From contig OZ024745.1 in NCBI GenBank assembly GCA_964016885.1, positions 116,002,001 to 116,066,000 on the forward strand: DNA of 64,000 nt, written 5' to 3'. Of the stretch, positions 57,092-64,000 are shown piece after piece; position 1 is the stretch's first letter; each line of letters starts with the position of its first letter. The notes under the pieces are model-generated. The model was given only the letters and a program-made list of their open reading frames with translations, made no database searches and had not been told where the DNA came from. Source of the stretch: Eledone cirrhosa (lineage: Eukaryota). The position numbers and the translations under genes are program-made.

Positions 57092-57336
57092 TCTTTGCTT
57101 AAACTTTAATCTGTTATTTTAATAAATATATATATATGTATACGTATTTTTTCCATATATATATATATATAACTATATATATGTGAGTGTCTATATATAT
57201 ATGTGTGTGCGTATGTATGTCTGTGTGTGTGTATATATATATATATATTGATGCACTCTATCGAATTATATAACATGACATGATATTTGCATAGCGTTTG
57301 ATGAAGTAACTTCCGATATGATATAGTGACCTATAC

Positions 57337-57384
<48 letters not shown>

Positions 57385-57387
<3 letters not shown>

Positions 57388-57575
57388 GCGAAGGAAGTGT
57401 GGTAAGGAACCAGGTGTACCATAACGCACCAGAGTACTTAATACTTAAGGTAGTAGAGTGGGTTATAGGAAAATGTTTAACCCCGACGGCAGAGTTCAAG
57501 CTATTTCGATGGCTATCACTGAATAGCCGTCGAAATAGCTTCAGCTCTGCCGTCGGGGTTAAACATTTTCCTATA
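57385..57575 (-). mobile_element. PLE-type terminal fold-back, family C
   Basis: aggaaaatgtttaaccccgacggc...gccgtcggggttaaacattttcct. Confidence 0.7.
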
Positions 57576-57632
<57 letters not shown>

Positions 57633-57889
57633 ATTTTTTCAAAATACATATATATCTTTGACAAAGGTATATATAGGGAGTCTGCACAGAATATTGTATG
57701 CTCAGAAATTACAATTAACAATTAGAAACGTTAAAGTTATGTTTAGAGTTAAAAGATGCCATTTAAGATGAAATTAGAAAAGTAAGATTTAGGTTTAAAT
57801 TTGGGAGAATTTACAGAAGGAGGCTTTTACGAAAAAGTTTAAGTGTATTATAGATAGTCACAATAAAGTTTCAGGGTAGAATATAGAGT

Positions 57890-58371
57890 AAAGATTAAGC
57901 CCATGCTTATCGGTCATTAACCACCGACATTGCGGACCCCCGACCAGCCCGGGGCCCAACGACCTACGTCCCTTCACCAGAAGGACATAAGAAGACTTAA
58001 TAATCATCACTTGAGTGCGGCTGACCGAGCTAGAAGCTGCTAAATGTTCGGCCGCACTCATGTCTCTGCTTTTCAGTCCCATGGATTCTGTCTATTATAT
58101 TCCTTTGTTATATTTCGAATACCTGATGATGTCACCAGATTCATACTGAACCCGGTCACTCAAATGATCATAGTATAATAAACCTTTTAAGGAATTGAAC
58201 CAGTCCAGCCTCCTGTTATTCTATAATAATTAACTCCGTACTCGCACCACCAACAACACAAACGAAGACGGGTGAGTTACATTACGTCGAGTGCACTCCA
58301 TAATATTACATCGAGGTTGACCATACGGAATGACTAGTTCTATGCAGTGGTGAACCAATAAACCTAAATTA

Positions 58372-58378
<7 letters not shown>
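57890..58378 (+). mobile_element. PLE-like 3' end loosely related to family B, with degenerate HHR
   Basis: CTGATGA 58123-29...GAAC-CCGG-TC 58148-57; downstream motifs (tgttattct, ctcgc, gtcgagt, atacgga) parallel 12780-12985; ends in (TA)n. Confidence 0.45.
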
Positions 58379-58456
<78 letters not shown>

Positions 58457-59103
58457 TATATGTATGCCTGTGTGTATGTATTTATATATGTCTTTGTGTA
58501 CGTGTTTGTATTTCAAAACACGTTGAATTCTATTGATGTATTATTACATCACATTTTCAGTTGACATTTAAATATTCATCGATCTCTCTCCACGTCATGT
58601 CATGTTTCTCAATTGAGCCTCCAAATATTTCCCCGTTGTCTCTCTATTGTTTCGGTACATTTATTTGACCCACACTTTTAATAAATTCTCAATATTCTTC
58701 AATGATTTATTTGGATTAATTATTTCACGGGTTTTCCCATATTTCTCCCATATCTGAAAATGTTAGAAATACGAACATCTTCGGTATGAGTGATTAATTT
58801 TAGCCCACATAAACCACAGGGTGTTGTTAGCAACGTCAGATTTTCTGGGCAATAATATTGCTACATTATCAAAATTTGATACTAAATCGACCTCCATTCT
58901 CTACATCCTTTTTTTTTTCCTTCTTTGCTTCTCATAAATAATCTCCTTGACCTCATACATTATGTCACACAATCATACTTCCACAAACAATCATACGTGC
59001 CCCCCCCCCCCCCCATATATATATATTATAAACACTTTTCTAATACCCACATTCTCTTTCACTGTCCATCTCTCAGCCTTCTCTCTCTCTCTTTCTCTCT
59101 CTG

Positions 59104-59146
<43 letters not shown>

Positions 59147-59149
<3 letters not shown>

Positions 59150-59313
59150 AACAAGTAAGACCCCGACGGCTGAGCTCAAGCCGTTTCGACGGCTAATTCT
59201 GGACTGAATGAAAATTTATTTTCTTACTTGTTCCCTTTACCCACTCTACTACCGTAAGTATTGAGTACTTTGGTGCGTTATGGTCCACCTGGTTCCTTAC
59301 AACATTTCCTTCG

Positions 59314-59315
<2 letters not shown>
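59147..59315 (+). mobile_element. Family C fold-back with one arm partly lost
   Basis: ggaacaagtaaga/tcttacttgttcc arms; same tail as the other copies. Confidence 0.65.
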
Positions 59316-59350
<35 letters not shown>

Positions 59351-59723
59351 GGGAAACCCACTTTGGTTGAAAGCAGTAATATGTTGTTTAGACTTTAAAT
59401 CTATAGTAATAATGAATATTTGATATATGCTAAATTAAAGGTAACTTAACAAACTCTCACATTATAATGTGTTGATGTATTATGTGTAATATATATTATA
59501 CTTAAAATATTTGCCAAAGCAAGGCCAAAACCCATTGCTTGGAAGAGCTAACAGAGCAACGTGTATATATATATATATATGCGCAAAATTGCGCGCTAAC
59601 CAAGTGGCTGGTGAAGTAGAGATGCAAATGGATGTTGGTCGTATGCAACTGTGTGCATTTTCTGTTGATGGTATGCATATATCTCTTTCCAACTATACAC
59701 CTCTCTCTCTATCTCTCACGCTC

Positions 59724-59801
<78 letters not shown>

Positions 59802-59903
59802 AGGTGAGTTTTATTGTAGCACAATAAAGCGATGCAAATATCAGATAAGTAGGACTGGAGTATAAATAATATAAGATCAAAAGATGGTTAAAAGAGTTCC
59901 AAG

Positions 59904-59974
59904 TATTTTATTATATGCATTTCAAAAACAAATATCATCAAGGAATCATATCTGCGTTCTCATCAGATAGAATA
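59904..59974 (-). ncRNA. Hammerhead motif (family A), stem III decayed to TGCATA
   Basis: CTGATGA and GAAA intact. Confidence 0.65.
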
Positions 59975-60697
59975 GGGATACATGATATGAAGCTTAAAAA
60001 ACACTTGTGAATAGTGAAGTTTTAAATCAACATTTGAAAAATAATTTAAGATTGTTGTATGAGATTGGGAAAAAGTGAGGGTAGTTGGAAAAGGTAAGGA
60101 AGAGGAGGAGATGAGAGCAAAGAATGAAGGAAGGATGAGAGAGGAGGAGAGATGGGTGATAGAGAGATAGCTTTACAACTGAGAAATAAAATATTGTCTC
60201 ACAGAGAGAAGTTAAAAAGCCGTTGGAAGATAATAGATAATTTAAAAGAATTTGAAATTAAAAGTTAATGGGGTTTATGGATGAAGAGAAAAAGGAATTA
60301 AGAATAATAACAAACATTAAGAATAATATTATACAAACCTTAATTTAATATTATTCTTAATTCCTTTTTCTCTTCATGCATTAACTTTTAATTTCAAATT
60401 CTTTTAAATTATCTATTATCTTCGAACGGCTTTTTAACTTCTCTCTGTGAGACAATATATATTTTTTCTCAGTTGTAAAGGGTATCTCTTTATCCCCCAT
60501 CTCTCCTCCTCTCGCATCCTTCCTTCATATACTCCTCCCCCACCATTCTTTACTCTCATCTCCTCCTCTTCCTTACCTTTTCCACCCCCCACCTCACTTT
60601 TTCCCAATTTCATACATCAATCTTAAATTATTTTTCATATGTTGATTTAAAACTTCACTATTCACAAGTGTTTTTTAAGCTTCATATCATGTATCCC

Positions 60698-60768
60698 TAT
60701 TTTATCTGATGAGAGCGCAGATATCATCCCATGATGATATTTGTTTTTGAAATGCGCATAATAAAATA
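60698..60768 (+). ncRNA. Hammerhead motif (family A)
   Basis: tattttat-CTGATGA(60706-12)...GAAA-TGCGCA-TA-ataaaata. Confidence 0.85.
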
Positions 60769-60863
60769 CTTGGAACTCTTTTAACCATCTTTTGGTCTTA
60801 TATTATATATATATATATATATTTATATATATGTATATATATATTTATATATATGTATATATA

Positions 60864-60990
<127 letters not shown>

Positions 60991-61242
60991 ATAATAATAA
61001 ATTGAAGACTAAAATCCAAAGTGGGCTCGATAAGGATAAATATATATCAAATATATAAGAACAGTAGAGCAAATATTATTATTTTAATAAATATATATAT
61101 ATATGTGTGTATATATATATATATATAAATATACATACATGCATTTATACACATATACATACATACATATATACATATATAGATATATACATACAGACGT
61201 ACGCACATACATACATATTCATGTAATCTATATGTGTATATA

Positions 61243-61377
61243 TACGTCCCTTTTACGATCTGAGTTCAAATCCCGCCGAGGTTGACTTTGCCTTTCATCC
61301 TTACGGGGTCGATAAAATAAAGTACCAGTAATGCACTGGGTAATTGCTGGCCTTGTGCCTAAAGTAGAAACAATTAT
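61243..61377 (+). mobile_element. SINE family 1, 5'-truncated
   Basis: B box through tail matches consensus. Confidence 0.88.
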
Positions 61378-61515
61378 ATATATTCTACTTCTCTACAAAA
61401 CTTGGCTTGTCGCATGATAAGTTTCTTATCACATGATAACTAATTCCCGTATATAAGTTGACCATTACTACAATTGTCCGTGTATATGCACGTGTACATG
61501 AACGTGTACACGCAC

Positions 61516-61597
<82 letters not shown>

Positions 61598-61661
61598 ACA
61601 CACATATATATATATATACACACAAGCACAGACACACACACTCTCCCTCTTTTATGTGCAT

Positions 61662-61710
<49 letters not shown>

Positions 61711-62260
61711 TATATGTATATAATATACACACACTTATATATTATATAAGTACGTATATGTATGTAATATATTGTGTATGTGCAAGTCTCTGGCTGCGTA
61801 TATATGCGCGAGCATAAACAGCCAGGAAAATTTTCCAGAGTCACATGACTGATAAAATATATATACTATTAATCTTTCTTTTTATTCTACTTGTGTGGCT
61901 TCGTTTCAAATATAATCGAACTATAACATATAACTAGGCTTTAAAACTTTTGATTGCAACGTGTAATCAATAGTATTGATACAAAATTTCGTCAAAAATT
62001 TAAAATATATATTTGAGGAGAATGAGAATCTCTATAAAGACAGGGGTCAACACTGTGTAGTCGAAATTGAAAAAGAAACGATAGAGAAATGTTTAAATTT
62101 TTAGATACGAACTTTAAACAAAGCATGAGAGTGAATAATTTAAGGAAAGAGATAGATGAGGAAAGAGAGCAAAAGAGAAACATAGGGAGAGAAAGTATGA
62201 AATAAGAAAGAGGCAAAGAATTAGTTCTGGACTGTTAAAATTTACTAGATCAATATGAAG

Positions 62261-62382
<122 letters not shown>

Positions 62383-62383
62383 T

Positions 62384-62505
<122 letters not shown>

Positions 62506-62514
62506 TTTATATAT

Positions 62515-62559
<45 letters not shown>

Positions 62560-62585
62560 TTTATATATATATATATATATATATG

Positions 62586-62755
62586 TTTATCCCGGGTTCA
62601 GTCGGTGGGGTAACCACTACAAGTAAGGTACTCAATACATAGCAGAGTATAAATATTTAATATAGAAATGGCTTCTACAGGACTAGAACTGTTTCATTCG
62701 GGAGAGATCGTGAGGAAGCTTCTATTCCCGTAGATGCCATTTCTATATTAAATAT
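62586..62755 (-). mobile_element. PLE-like terminal fold-back
   Basis: tatttaatatagaaatggc/gccatttctatattaaata arms; gtactcaatac motif; related to 15920-16080; (TA)n flanks. Confidence 0.45.
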
Positions 62756-62773
62756 ATATAAAGGGAGAGTGAG

Positions 62774-62816
<43 letters not shown>

Positions 62817-62986
62817 GAGAAAGTGAGAGGGTGAAAGAGAGCGAGAGGGAGGAGGGGAGAAAGATGATGAGATAGATGGACTATAGAAATATTGAGTGAT
62901 AATTATAATGCTGAAGGGAATTAGGGAGAGAATATTATGGAAGGTGAGAAAGGTTATGTTTAATGACGAAGGACATAGAAACAATA

Positions 62987-63180
62987 TAATTGTTTCTATT
63001 TTTTGGCACAAGGCCAGCAATTACCCAGCACATTACTGGTACTTTATTTTATCGACCCCGTAAGGATGAAAGGCAAAGTTAACCGCGGCGCGATTTGAAC
63101 TCAGATCATAAAGGGACATAACTATGCTAGAAAGCATGCATGGCGTCTGACCCTCTACCGATACTGCCAATTCCCCACCA
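62987..63180 (-). mobile_element. SINE family 1
   Basis: Full-length reverse complement of consensus. Confidence 0.9.
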
Positions 63181-64000
63181 AACAATCTAAGGATTGTTTG
63201 AATAAGGAATGAGAGAAAATGAAAGAATGACAGGTTCAATAGACATTTGGAGAAAGTTAGGGAGAAATGAAATAGTTGGAGAATGAGACAGAATGAGTAG
63301 AAAGGGGATAACATGAAAGTAAGGATAAAAAAAACCTTAAAAAAGGAACCTGTGATAGTTAGCAATAAGATAAAAAAGCAAAGAATGTGAAAATGACTGT
63401 GAAAGTTAAAGAAAAATGGTGACATTGCTCGAAAAGGTGAGTGTCATAAAAAAGATTAACTGAATGAATGCAAAGTAAAAAGAAAATACTTTATGTAAAT
63501 AAATGAAACGAAATATAAAAAACATCTTGGGAGTGAATAACGTAATGAAAAAAAAAATATTTTATATGACTTAGAAGAAAAAGAAAAAGTCTAGAAAGAT
63601 ATATGGGAGAGAAAAACATGAGAGAAAAATATATAAAAGAGGGGAAAAAGGATGCGTGTGATACATAAGAGGGAGAGAGAGAGAGGAGAGTGAGGGAGAG
63701 AGAGTGGAGAGAGGGAGATAGAGACGAAGGGAGAGAGGGAGAGAGGGGGAGACATAGAGAGGGAGAGAGAGGGAGGGAGAGAGATAGAGAGAGAGGGAGA
63801 GAGAGAGGAGGAGAGAGATAGAGAGAGAGGGAGATAGAGAAGGAGAGAGAGGGGGAGAGAGAGAAAGAGGGAGAGATAGAAAGGGAGAGAGGGGCGCAAT
63901 GGACGTAAAAAAGAAAAAGTTTTAAAATACAACAAAGAAAAAGACGTAAGATACAAAAGAGAAAGTAAGGCGTACGAGAGAAATAGAAAAATACGTAAAA

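Larger units (their letters stand above)
59798..60805. mobile_element. Penelope-like family A fold-back (about 460-bp arms)
   Basis: Pivot near 60320-60360; complete end on the left; (TA)n flanks. Confidence 0.85.

Overview
AT-rich, microsatellite-dense eukaryotic DNA, probably mollusc/cephalopod (octopus-like). This assignment is inferred from the extreme (TA)n load and the SINE/LINE/Penelope repertoire, not from a database match. Almost all ORF-track entries are microsatellite artefacts. The window is mostly decayed retroelements: Penelope-like elements (PLEs, Neptune-type GIY-YIG remnants), L1/Tx1 LINEs (one with APE+RT ORF2), RTE, R4/Dong-like and CRE-like fragments, and about 16 tRNA-derived SINE copies. 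The main signal not shown by the ORF track is about 18 type I hammerhead ribozyme (HHR) motifs (CUGANGA...GAAA-palindrome-UH, some degenerate) from several PLE-type families, plus several half-ribozymes. Most sit in asymmetric fold-back insertions within (TA)n arrays. They include a recurrent CCGANGA core variant and two motifs with very long stem II. Three small phase-compatible exons on the minus strand (6333 to 1534) may be the 3' end of a host gene. All structures and coordinates were read by eye; TE boundaries are approximate.
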